Below, one piece after another: positions 56,524-64,000 of a DNA stretch of 64,000 nt (positions are counted from its first letter, which is position 1; every line of letters starts with the position of its first letter). This DNA comes from Candidatus Limnocylindrales bacterium (GTDB taxonomy: Bacteria > Chloroflexota > Limnocylindria > Limnocylindrales > CSP1-4), in contig DATLGJ010000001.1 of the NCBI GenBank assembly GCA_035540555.1, forward strand, positions 73,032 through 137,031, read 5' to 3'. Position numbers and translations under genes: made by a program. Under the pieces are notes generated by a model that ran no database searches, was not told the DNA's origin, and worked only from the letters and a program-made list of their open reading frames with translations.

Positions 56524-58041
56524 ATGGCCGTCGAACCTGCACAACCGGACACTCGCGCCGTCAACGGGCACTCGGCCGTCGAGGAAGCCCCCTTCGTCAA
56601 CCAGCGCGATCCCGCCCGACGGTTGGGGCCTGACGGCCGGCCGGCGATCAGCCGTCGCGCACCCATCTGGGCGGACGTCCCCGACGAGAAGTGGAACGAC
56701 TGGCGATGGCAGCTGTCCAAGCGGATCAACACGCTGGAGGAGGTCGAGCAGGTCCTCAACCTGACCGATGAGGAGCGCGAGGGCCTTTCCGCCGACGACA
56801 AGTTCCGCGTCGACATCACCCCCTACTTCGCCAGCCTGATCGACCCTGACAATCCCAACGATCCGATCCGTCGCCAGGTCATCCCGCTCGGCCGCGAGCA
56901 CCAGGCCTTCACCGCAATGATGGAGGACTCGCTCGCCGAGGACCGCCACTCGCCCGTGCCGGGCCTCGTCCATCGCTACCCCGACCGCGTGCTGATGCTG
57001 GTCACGACTCAGTGCGCCTCCTACTGCCGCTATTGCACCCGATCCCGGATCGTCGGAGATCCCACGCAGAACTTCAACTCCCGCGAGCACGAAGCCCAGC
57101 TGGACTACCTGCGCCGCACGCCCCAGGTTCGTGACGTGCTGATCTCCGGCGGCGATGGCATGACCCTCGCCCCGAAGCTTTTCGAGCGCATCATTCGTGG
57201 CCTGCGCGAGATCCCGCACATCGAGGTCATCCGGATTGGCACGCGCGTGCCCGTGTTCCTGCCCCAGCGCGTTGACGACGAGCTGTGCGAGATGCTCTCT
57301 CGCTACCACCCCATCTGGATGAACCTCCACTTCAACCACGCGCAGGAGATCACCCCCGAGGTCGCCCGCGCGGTCGACAGGCTGACCCGCGCCGGGATCC
57401 CGATCGGCAACCAGTCCGTGCTGCTGGCGGGAGTAAACGACTGCGTCAATATCCAGCGGGAGCTGGTCCAGCGGCTGGTCGAGATCCGGGTCCGGCCCTA
57501 TTACCTCTACCAGTGCGACCTGGTCGAGGGCTCCGGCCACTTCCGCACGCCGGTCGGAAAGGGACTCGAGATCATCGAGGGCCTGCGTGGCCACACCAGC
57601 GGCTATGCCGTGCCGACCTACGTCGTCGACGCGCCGGGCGGCGGCGGGAAGATCCCGGTCATGCCCAACTACCTGATCAGCTACTCGGATCACAAGGTCG
57701 TGCTGCGCAACTACGAGGGCTACATCACGACCTACGAGGAGCCGCTCGACTACCGCCCGCATGACAAGGCGTCGTGCTCGGCCTGCCGCAGCACGCGACC
57801 CGAGCCGGGCCAGTCGGGCGTCCATGGCCTCCTGCAGGGCGAGCGAATGTGGATCGAGCCGGAGGGCTTCAGCGAAGTCCACTCACGCGGCAACGTCGAG
57901 GCGCACCGGCTGCAGCGGCCCGACAAGTGGATGCCCTACGGCGTCGGTGCGATCGAGGGCCAGCCGCGCTCGTTGCCGGTGCTCGAAGGCGGAGCGGGCA
58001 CGGCCCCCGCCGACCAGCAGGAAGACGGCCCGTCGAAGTGA
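56524..58041 (+). CDS. kamA: lysine 2,3-aminomutase family radical-SAM enzyme (KamA-like), long form
   Basis: 505 aa from ATG 56524 (GGAGG upstream); TTQCASYCRYCTRS (CxxxCxxC), ISGGD, VRPYYLYQCD; N- and C-terminal extensions relative to the ~416-aa type enzymes I remember. Confidence 0.9.
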   Translation: MAVEPAQPDTRAVNGHSAVEEAPFVNQRDPARRLGPDGRPAISRRAPIWADVPDEKWNDWRWQLSKRINTLEEVEQVLNLTDEEREGLSADDKFRVDITPYFASLIDPDNPNDPIRRQVIPLGREHQAFTAMMEDSLAEDRHSPVPGLVHRYPDRVLMLVTTQCASYCRYCTRSRIVGDPTQNFNSREHEAQLDYLRRTPQVRDVLISGGDGMTLAPKLFERIIRGLREIPHIEVIRIGTRVPVFLPQRVDDELCEMLSRYHPIWMNLHFNHAQEITPEVARAVDRLTRAGIPIGNQSVLLAGVNDCVNIQRELVQRLVEIRVRPYYLYQCDLVEGSGHFRTPVGKGLEIIEGLRGHTSGYAVPTYVVDAPGGGGKIPVMPNYLISYSDHKVVLRNYEGYITTYEEPLDYRPHDKASCSACRSTRPEPGQSGVHGLLQGERMWIEPEGFSEVHSRGNVEAHRLQRPDKWMPYGVGAIEGQPRSLPVLEGGAGTAPADQQEDGPSK

Positions 58042-58412
58042 GCCGGGCCTTCGACCCTGGCACGCTCGAGCTGCTCGACCGCACTCGCGAGGTCCAGATC
58101 GTGACCACGCGGCCCGACGGAAAGCGCCCATCGACGACGATCTGGGTGGTCGTGGACGACGGCGAGCCCTACATCCGCTCCTATCGGGGTGATCGTGCGC
58201 TCTGGTATCGCGACGCGCTCGAGCGCCCCGACGGAGTCGAGCTGCAGGTTGCCGAGTTGCGCCTCCCTGTTCGGCCCGTGCCTGCCACCGATGACCTGTC
58301 GGTCGCGCGTTGCTCCAGCGCGCTGGAGCGGAAATACGCCTGCGACCCATCCACCCCGGCGATGGTCGGCGAGGCGGTTATCGACACCACGCTGCGCCTG
58401 GAGCCGCGCTAG
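58038..58412 (+). CDS. DUF2255-like small protein
   Basis: 124 aa; GTG overlaps the kamA TGA (GTGA); TTIWVVVDDGEPYIRSYRGDRALWYRDA...ALERKY...TTLRLEPR; family assignment from memory of the pattern. Confidence 0.7.
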   Translation: MSRAFDPGTLELLDRTREVQIVTTRPDGKRPSTTIWVVVDDGEPYIRSYRGDRALWYRDALERPDGVELQVAELRLPVRPVPATDDLSVARCSSALERKYACDPSTPAMVGEAVIDTTLRLEPR

Positions 58413-58555
58413 GCGGCCACCGACGCGGGGATCAGCTCCGCTGGCCGCGCGGCATCCACGTCTCCTTCTCGAGTGCGTTGCCGCCTCGATCCGGATCCCC
58501 TGGCTGATGGGGTCCGCCTCGCCCAGCGCAACACGAAGTCGCCGAATGGGGCAGC

Positions 58556-59041
58556 ATGGGCCTGCGGCTGCCTACTTCCGGCCGCGCCGGGCACGGCCCG
58601 GCGGATGCATCGGCGGAGGCGCACGAGCTGGAGCTTCGCGAAGTCCCCGGACTGCCGGATGTGAACGTCAACCCGCCGGTTGTGGCGGAGTCGGGCGACC
58701 CCTTTGCCGCGCTCCGCGTGACTCATCTGGTGGCACGACTCCCCCGTGGCCGGGCGCTGCGCGTACGCGATGTGGTCGATCGCCTCAACGCGGAGCACCT
58801 CGACTGGGCCTTCTCGCGGCGTGTCGTCCTCGACGTGATCGTCCAACTGCAGGCCAACTGGCAGACCGACTATCGGACCCGGGCCGGCATCCTGCTGGAG
58901 GGCGGTCCGGCTGGCGAGGAGCTGACCCTTGAGGACACGAGTCGACTGGAGCCGTGGCTGGTCAGGCAGGCCGAGCGGCTGGCGGCCGAGTGCCAACAGC
59001 GGCTGCGCGATTTCTCAAGGCAGGAGGGCGAGCTGCCCTAG
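58556..59041 (+). CDS. hypothetical protein
   Basis: 161 aa, protein-like C-terminal two thirds; no motif recognised. Confidence 0.45.
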   Translation: MGLRLPTSGRAGHGPADASAEAHELELREVPGLPDVNVNPPVVAESGDPFAALRVTHLVARLPRGRALRVRDVVDRLNAEHLDWAFSRRVVLDVIVQLQANWQTDYRTRAGILLEGGPAGEELTLEDTSRLEPWLVRQAERLAAECQQRLRDFSRQEGELP

Positions 59042-60198
59042 GCGCCCACCGGCCGCACGTCCGTGCTGCGCTCAGCCCGCTCCGGAAGCGAGACGCCCAT
59101 TGCGCGGTACACGCCGTAGAGCGCGTTGAACTCAGGCTCGCGCTGGCCCGCCCATTGGTTGGTGAAGTAAACGAAGACAAGCCGCGCGTCGGGATCGATC
59201 CATAGCCGCGTACCCGTCGCACCCCCGTGGTCAATCACCCTCGGCGAGCCGGGCACCTCCGCGTTCAGGGTGGGCTTGCCCCAGGCAAGGCCATGACGCA
59301 CCGGCCGCACGTCGTCTTCGGTCGTCGACGACGCGCCCGGCACGCCCCCCGCGTGGTCGCTGCCCATCAGCTCGATCGTCTCTGGAGCAAGGGGCATCCA
59401 GCGCTGGCCGACCCTGCGCGGCGCCAGCAGCGATGAGCCGAAGCGCACAAGGTCGTCCAGCGTGCCCCATAGCCCCCCGCCCGGGTGGGCCAGAGCGACG
59501 ACGAAGCGGAGCAGGAACCAGCGCTTGATCGCATTGTCGGCGCCCACTCCGTGCACCGGCACGATGGTTCGCCGTCGACGCCGCGGATCGAAGGCGGTGT
59601 CGCGCATGCCCAGCGGATCGAGCAGCCGCTGCTTCAGGAAGGGGCCGGCGGCCATTCCAGAGACCCGCTCGGCGATGAGTCCGAGCAGGTAGAAGGTGCT
59701 GCTCGAGTACTGCCAGCGACTTCCCGGTTCGAAGTCGAGCGGCGCTTGCAGCGCAAGGCGCGTCAGCCTGGCGGCGCTGGGGCGCTCGCGCCGGATCACC
59801 TCGGGCAGCGCATCGGGAACCCCCGACGTGTGGCTGAGCAGATGACGCACGGTCACCGCTCGCTTCTCGGGGGTGTCGAACTCGGGGAGCCAACGGGCGA
59901 CAGGCGCGTCCAGCTCCACCCGACCGTCCTCGACCAGCTGCATGAAAGCAGTGGCGAAGATCGGCTTGGTGACCGAGGCGAGGAAGAAAAGGCTGTCAGC
60001 GTCGATCGAAGGTCGGCCGCGGCGGGGCAGCGCGTCGGAGCCGGCGACGCCCTTGCGCACGAGGCCACGGTCATCGCCGATGGCAAGCGCACTCAGCGCT
60101 GTTCGTCCCTCCGCCGCGTCGCGAGCGAGGCCCTCGAAGACGCCGTCGAGCGCCTCGGCAGTCAGTCGCACGTCCCTGACGATAATCGGGCTGGCCAT
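59038..60198 (-). CDS. serine hydrolase of the beta-lactamase / penicillin-binding-protein (class C-like) family
   Basis: 386 aa; SxxK motif FFLASVTKPIFATAF; HLLSHTSG. Confidence 0.85.
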   Translation of the reverse strand: MASPIIVRDVRLTAEALDGVFEGLARDAAEGRTALSALAIGDDRGLVRKGVAGSDALPRRGRPSIDADSLFFLASVTKPIFATAFMQLVEDGRVELDAPVARWLPEFDTPEKRAVTVRHLLSHTSGVPDALPEVIRRERPSAARLTRLALQAPLDFEPGSRWQYSSSTFYLLGLIAERVSGMAAGPFLKQRLLDPLGMRDTAFDPRRRRRTIVPVHGVGADNAIKRWFLLRFVVALAHPGGGLWGTLDDLVRFGSSLLAPRRVGQRWMPLAPETIELMGSDHAGGVPGASSTTEDDVRPVRHGLAWGKPTLNAEVPGSPRVIDHGGATGTRLWIDPDARLVFVYFTNQWAGQREPEFNALYGVYRAMGVSLPERAERSTDVRPVGA

Positions 60199-60529
60199 GA
60201 AGCGCAGCCAGCTGATCAGCGAGACCCGCCGCCTGATTGCCGAGGGTGAGCGCCTGGCCGCGTCGCCATCGCTCGGTGGCCTGCGGCTGTGGCTTCAGCT
60301 TTCGGACGAGCTGCTCAGCAGCGCCTGGGGCAGGATGGACCGCTATCACCTCGCCTGGCTTATGGTCGGTCGCCCGGACGATGCCGTGCGCGGCCGGCCG
60401 ATGACACCTCAGGAGGAGGCCGACTACGTCCGGCTGGTTGCCGGCCAGAAGACAGCCGCCCTGCGCATGAGCCTCAAGGCAGTGGAGGAGCAGCACATGC
60501 CCTTCGTGGGGGAGACGCCGGAGCAATGA
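60197..60529 (+). CDS. hypothetical helical protein
   Basis: 110 aa from ATG 60197 within track ORF 59873..60529; its start codon overlaps the divergent gene's start (CATG), so one of the two starts may be wrong. Confidence 0.4.
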   Translation: MKRSQLISETRRLIAEGERLAASPSLGGLRLWLQLSDELLSSAWGRMDRYHLAWLMVGRPDDAVRGRPMTPQEEADYVRLVAGQKTAALRMSLKAVEEQHMPFVGETPEQ

Positions 60530-60570
60530 CCTCGGCCGAGGCCGGCCCGGTCAGCTCGGGCGCAGCGCGA

Positions 60571-61059
60571 TCAGCGCGTGGTGCGCCAGGCCATGATCGC
60601 CAGCGCTGCCATTGCTATGCCGTGGTGGATGGCATAGACCTGGGCCATGTACTCGCTGAAGCCGGCCGGTGAGATGCGTTCCAGCAGCGGCTGCGTTGCC
60701 CCTTCGAGCAGCAGCTGGCCAAAGACGTATGACACGAACATGCCCACCAACCACGCGACTATGGCCAGCACGACGGCGAGGATCCGCAAGGACCAGTTAC
60801 GCGGATGTGGCCGACCCTGCCAGGCTCCGTGATTGATGGCCCGGCCGATGATCCATCCGCCGCCGATGGCGACCGCAATCAGTCCCCACTCGAGCTCGAC
60901 CGGATACGTCAGCACGCCGTAGGCGAAGCCCACGCCGAGCATCGCCAGGAGGCCCCAGTCGAAGGCCTTCAGTGCCCGCTGCCGATCGAGGGTGACGAAC
61001 TCGCTCGTCTCGGGTTGATCGGCCAGCGGACGGTCGCGGCCGGAGCGGTGATCGGTCAC
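60571..61059 (-). CDS. integral membrane protein, unknown function
   Basis: 162 aa, 4 TM segments. Confidence 0.6.
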   Translation of the reverse strand: MTDHRSGRDRPLADQPETSEFVTLDRQRALKAFDWGLLAMLGVGFAYGVLTYPVELEWGLIAVAIGGGWIIGRAINHGAWQGRPHPRNWSLRILAVVLAIVAWLVGMFVSYVFGQLLLEGATQPLLERISPAGFSEYMAQVYAIHHGIAMAALAIMAWRTTR

Positions 61060-61117
61060 CCGGCCAATGTAGCGCCGGGATGCGTCGACTCCGTGACGCC
61101 GGTGCTCGCAGCCAAGG

Positions 61118-61612
61118 TCAGGCCTCGGGCGTGGCGACCGGGGTGCTGATCGGAGAGGGAAGCTGGTCGTCCGGCAGCGTCTCGCACCGGATGAAGCTGC
61201 CGTCCTCTGCTCGGATGCGGTAGTCCAGTCGCTGCTGCAGCCCGCTCTCGACGTCTTCCAGCAGGACGATTGCGTTGTAGCCGTCGACCGGCTCGGTCGC
61301 CGCTGGAGGGGTTGCTCCAGTCGCCAGATCCGTCGGACAGTTCAGGCTCTCGTCGGTGAAGGTGGCCGGATCTGCCCGCTCGACGCGGTGCTCCTCCTGT
61401 GGCCTGCCCGTGACCTGCGCGGCGTCGGCCAGGATCGCCTCGACGAAGCCGTGCGGCATCTCTGGCTCGGGCACCGGCGACGGCACCTGCCCGGGTGTCG
61501 GCTCGGGTGGGGGTGAGGCATCGGCGCCGCCGCACCCCGCCGCCGCGATGGCGAAGAGCAGGGCCAGGGGCAGCGCGACCAGCGTACGAGGTAGTCGTCC
61601 CATGGATGTCAC
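61118..61612 (-). CDS. lipoprotein, unknown function
   Basis: 164 aa; signal peptide plus lipobox LLFAIAAAGC, Pro-rich linker. Confidence 0.65.
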   Translation of the reverse strand: MTSMGRLPRTLVALPLALLFAIAAAGCGGADASPPPEPTPGQVPSPVPEPEMPHGFVEAILADAAQVTGRPQEEHRVERADPATFTDESLNCPTDLATGATPPAATEPVDGYNAIVLLEDVESGLQQRLDYRIRAEDGSFIRCETLPDDQLPSPISTPVATPEA

Positions 61613-61661
61613 GGTAGGCGGGGCCGCATCTAGGCTGCCACCCGCCCAGGCATCGGTCCAT

Positions 61662-61695
61662 CTAGGGAGGCTTGCGCCCTAGGGAGGCTTGCGCC
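61662..61695. repeat. perfect 17-bp tandem duplication CTAGGGAGGCTTGCGCC x2 in a divergent intergenic region
   Basis: 61662-61678 equals 61679-61695; each copy carries a GGGAGG Shine-Dalgarno-like string. Confidence 0.9.
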
Positions 61696-61740
61696 GACGG
61701 ATGGAGCCGATCGGCGCCCCGGCGCTAGACTTGCCGCGCA

Positions 61741-62244
61741 ATGACGCACCCAAGCCTGGGGCTGCCGCCCCCGAGCATCACCGACGGCCATCCCGACGCC
61801 GCGCGCCGGCTGCGCGCCAACCGGCACCGTCTCGCGCGCCTCGCCCTCGAGAACACCATCCGTCTGGCACCGCAGTTCCCGGACAAGTACCCCGAGCTGA
61901 CGCTGCGCGTCTTCCTGCGCGACTACGAGCGCCACGTCGAGCAGCTGGCCCGGGCGATGGAGACGGGCGCGGACAGCTTCCTGGTCAACTACGCCGAGTG
62001 GCTGGTGCCCGTCTACCGTCGACGCAAGGTCCCCATGCGCGACTTCCTGGCAATGTTCGACGGCCTTCGCCACGCCGCCGCGACGGTGCTCTCGCCCGAG
62101 GAGGTCGAGTTCGCCGAGCCCATGTTCGAGCGTGCCGCGCAGCTGTTGAAGCACCACGGTCGGCTGCCCGGCGACCACGTCGGCAACAAGTACGTCCGTT
62201 TTTTCTGGAAGGGCGCCGGCATCCTGGACGACGGGGTCGTCTGA
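61741..62244 (+). CDS. hypothetical all-helical protein
   Basis: 167 aa; good protein-like composition; the competing 61689.. frame is Arg/Pro-rich junk over this stretch. Confidence 0.6.
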   Translation: MTHPSLGLPPPSITDGHPDAARRLRANRHRLARLALENTIRLAPQFPDKYPELTLRVFLRDYERHVEQLARAMETGADSFLVNYAEWLVPVYRRRKVPMRDFLAMFDGLRHAAATVLSPEEVEFAEPMFERAAQLLKHHGRLPGDHVGNKYVRFFWKGAGILDDGVV

Positions 62245-62561
62245 TGACCATCAAATGGGTCAAGGTCGACCCGCTGATCATGAACGGCGAGCCCTTCTGC
62301 TACGCGACCCGGCTCACGGTGCGCAACCTGCTCGAGATGCGACGCAACGGCCTCAGCCCGGGGGCAATCCTGGCCCAGCATCCGGAGCTTCGTCGCGTCG
62401 GGATCGCCGAGGCCTTCCGCTTTGCGGCCGATAATCGCGATCGTTACAGCGAGTTCTTCGAGGGTGGCGAGCAGCTGGCCGGACCGGGCTTCAGCACGGA
62501 CGAGGCGGCCGAGCTGCCGCCCTACCTGCGCGAGCTGCGGGGAGTCGTCGTCAGCGGTTGA
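62244..62561 (+). CDS. DUF433-domain protein
   Basis: 105 aa from ATG 62244 (TGATG overlap); VDPLIMNGEPFCYATRLTVRNLLEM matches the DUF433 pattern. Confidence 0.75.
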   Translation: MTIKWVKVDPLIMNGEPFCYATRLTVRNLLEMRRNGLSPGAILAQHPELRRVGIAEAFRFAADNRDRYSEFFEGGEQLAGPGFSTDEAAELPPYLRELRGVVVSG

Positions 62562-62613
62562 AGCGGCGGTACCGGACGAGGTCGCATGCACCTGCTGATA
62601 GCATGAACAGCCA

Positions 62614-63024
62614 ATGAGCGATCAGCAGCCGACCCCCGACCAGCAGGCCCAGAGTCAGCCTTCCGCGAGCGCTGATGAGGCTGCGGCCACTCCGACCGCC
62701 AGCGAACCGTCAGCCACCGCGACCGCCACGGCCACCGTCGATCCTCAGGCGCGGGCGACCGAGCTGGCCATCCTCGACGCGCTGCGCGCCGTCGTCGACC
62801 CGGAGATCGGCATGAACGTGGTCGAGCTCGCGCTGATCAAGCAGATCATCCTCGGCCAGAACCAGACCGAGGTGAAGATGATCCTGACCACCCCCTTCTG
62901 CCCCTATGCCGGCTCGATGATCCAGCAGGTAAAGGAGCAGACGGAGAGCGTGGTCGAGCATGACGTCAAGGTGACCCTGCTGGCCGAGCGCTGGGATCCG
63001 CGCGACGCCGGCCTGGTGTGGTAG
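62614..63024 (+). CDS. DUF59/MIP18-family Fe-S cluster assembly protein (SufT/PaaD-like) with a low-complexity N-terminus
   Basis: 136 aa; ILDALRAVVDPEIGMNVVELALI...TTPFCPYAG. Confidence 0.85.
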   Translation: MSDQQPTPDQQAQSQPSASADEAAATPTASEPSATATATATVDPQARATELAILDALRAVVDPEIGMNVVELALIKQIILGQNQTEVKMILTTPFCPYAGSMIQQVKEQTESVVEHDVKVTLLAERWDPRDAGLVW

Positions 63025-63036
63025 CCCGGTTCTGAG

Positions 63037-63633
63037 GTGGCCGAGCGGCGGCCTGCCATCTCGGCCAGTGTCGTCGCCACCGGCCGCGGCGATGACGGAA
63101 CGACAGGCCTGCTCTATGGCGGTCGTATCGCCAAGGACGACTTACGCACCGAGGCCTACGGGACGACGGATGAGGCGATCGCGGCGCTCGGCCTCGCCCG
63201 TGTCGAGCTGGCTGCCGCCGACCTGACGGAGCTGGCCTCATCGGTCCTGCGCTGGCAGCGCGAGCTGTTTGTGGTCGGTGCTGAGCTGGCCACCAACCCT
63301 GACGCCACGGACCGGCTGACGGACGGAGTCACCCGGGTGACCGAGCAGATGCTCGAGGGCGTCGAGCAGGAGCTCGCGCGCTGGGAATCCACCATCGAGA
63401 TGCCCAGGGAGTTCGTCGTGCCCGGTGAGACGCGCGCGTCCGCGGCGCTCGAGCTGGCGCGAACGATCCTGCGTCGCGCCGAGCGGCGGGTCATCTCGCT
63501 GGAGCGTGTGGCCGACGTCAAGGGCGGCTGGATAGTCGCCTACATCAACCGCCTGGCGGACCTGCTATGGGTGCTGGCCCGGGCCGCCGAGCAGGGCGAG
63601 CATCGCGACGCGACGCCAGCCCGCGGGCGATGA
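63037..63633 (+). CDS. pduO: ATP:cob(I)alamin adenosyltransferase, PduO/MMAB type
   Basis: 198 aa, GTG start; TGRGDDGTTGL, YGTTDEAIAALG, LQRELFVVGAELA, FVVPGE, INRLADLLWV. Confidence 0.9.
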   Translation: MAERRPAISASVVATGRGDDGTTGLLYGGRIAKDDLRTEAYGTTDEAIAALGLARVELAAADLTELASSVLRWQRELFVVGAELATNPDATDRLTDGVTRVTEQMLEGVEQELARWESTIEMPREFVVPGETRASAALELARTILRRAERRVISLERVADVKGGWIVAYINRLADLLWVLARAAEQGEHRDATPARGR

Positions 63634-64000
63634 TCCAGCTGGTCGCACTGGCCGCGCTGGTCGCCAGCGTGGTGGTTGGCGGCTGCGACCTGGGACCGGC
63701 ACCGGTCGCGGTCGACGCCACGCCTGCCCCACCGTCCGGGATCCGTGGCGTGGTCATCCTGGCGCCGACCTGTCCGATCAGTGACGAGCCCGACCCGCTC
63801 AACCCCGTGCCGTGCCTGACCCCTTACGCGGCGCAGCTGGTGATCCTGGACAGCGACAACGGCGTCGCCGCCCGAATGGGCTCGGGTGAGGACGGCCGCT
63901 TCGAGGTCGACCTGCCGCCGGGCGACTACGTGATCACGCCGCTAGGGGGTGATCCCTTCCCGATGGCCCAGCCACTTGCCGTGACCGTCGTTGCCGGCGA
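63630..64000 (+). CDS. 5' part of a lipoprotein gene running off the right edge
   Basis: ATG 63630 overlaps the pduO stop (ATGA); open to base 64000 by manual translation; lipobox VVVGGC; DGRFEVDLPPGDYVI resembles a carboxypeptidase-regulatory-like beta-sandwich. Confidence 0.55.
   Translation, partial: MIQLVALAALVASVVVGGCDLGPAPVAVDATPAPPSGIRGVVILAPTCPISDEPDPLNPVPCLTPYAAQLVILDSDNGVAARMGSGEDGRFEVDLPPGDYVITPLGGDPFPMAQPLAVTVVAG

Noticed and set aside
61689-62243. N-terminal 185 aa of the 290-aa ORF 61689..62561
   Set aside because: Arg/Pro/Ala-rich junk, out of frame with the well-behaved 61741..62244 ORF. Only the DUF433 part from ATG 62244 is accepted.

Overview
Visibly high-GC, very gene-dense bacterial chromosomal segment with about 70 protein genes and 2 tRNAs. 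Many gene junctions overlap by 1-4 nt (ATGA, GTGA, TGATG, CTAG). I recognised no rRNA, CRISPR, transposase, integrase or phage genes. The long antisense ORFs in the track are GC-rich shadow ORFs. Content left to right: folK, glpX, purH, tauE-like exporter, a frameshifted Nudix gene and a MidA-type methyltransferase. Next comes a ~10.5 kb minus-strand proteostasis block: hsp20-hspR-lon-cbpA, a class III cyclase-STAND-TPR giant, then clpB, with HAIR-like inverted repeats in both promoters. Then a trkA pair, usp, rsmG, csoR and hpt. A Rieske oxygenase/C-N hydrolase pair faces a polar amino-acid ABC importer, followed by a complete liv-type ABC operon. Then a NYN-domain protein with a long Arg/Gly-rich repeat tail, holB and acylphosphatase. 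A probably leaderless operon encodes two stand-alone cNMP-binding proteins, a flavoprotein and an Fe-S UDG, followed by an EAL protein. Then tRNA-Arg(CCG), a structured intergenic region (candidate sRNA), an ltaE/hisA-like/cyclophilin operon, tRNA-Asp(GTC), CapA, a PIG-L deacetylase and an enoyl-ACP-reductase-like SDR. The right end holds an MMPL transporter fused to an AttH/CrtC-like lipocalin domain, OsmC, kamA-DUF2255, DUF433, DUF59 and a PduO-type adenosyltransferase. HspR, MMPL, the PIG-L/MshB-like gene and leaderless TANNNT promoters suggest an Actinobacteria- or Chloroflexi-like origin; this is not proven. I see no canonical defence island or mobile element. The least ordinary items are: (1) the cyclase-STAND-TPR gene embedded between HspR-controlled units; (2) the cNMP-binding pair + flavoprotein + UDG (+EAL) operon; (3) a 17-bp palindrome shared by the kamA promoter and a promoter-plus-terminator bounded ~180-nt non-coding unit next to tRNA-Arg; (4) the MMPL-lipobox-AttH fusion; (5) the NYN RNase-like protein with an RGG/acidic repeat tail. 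All functional calls rest on motif recognition by eye; no database search was run.
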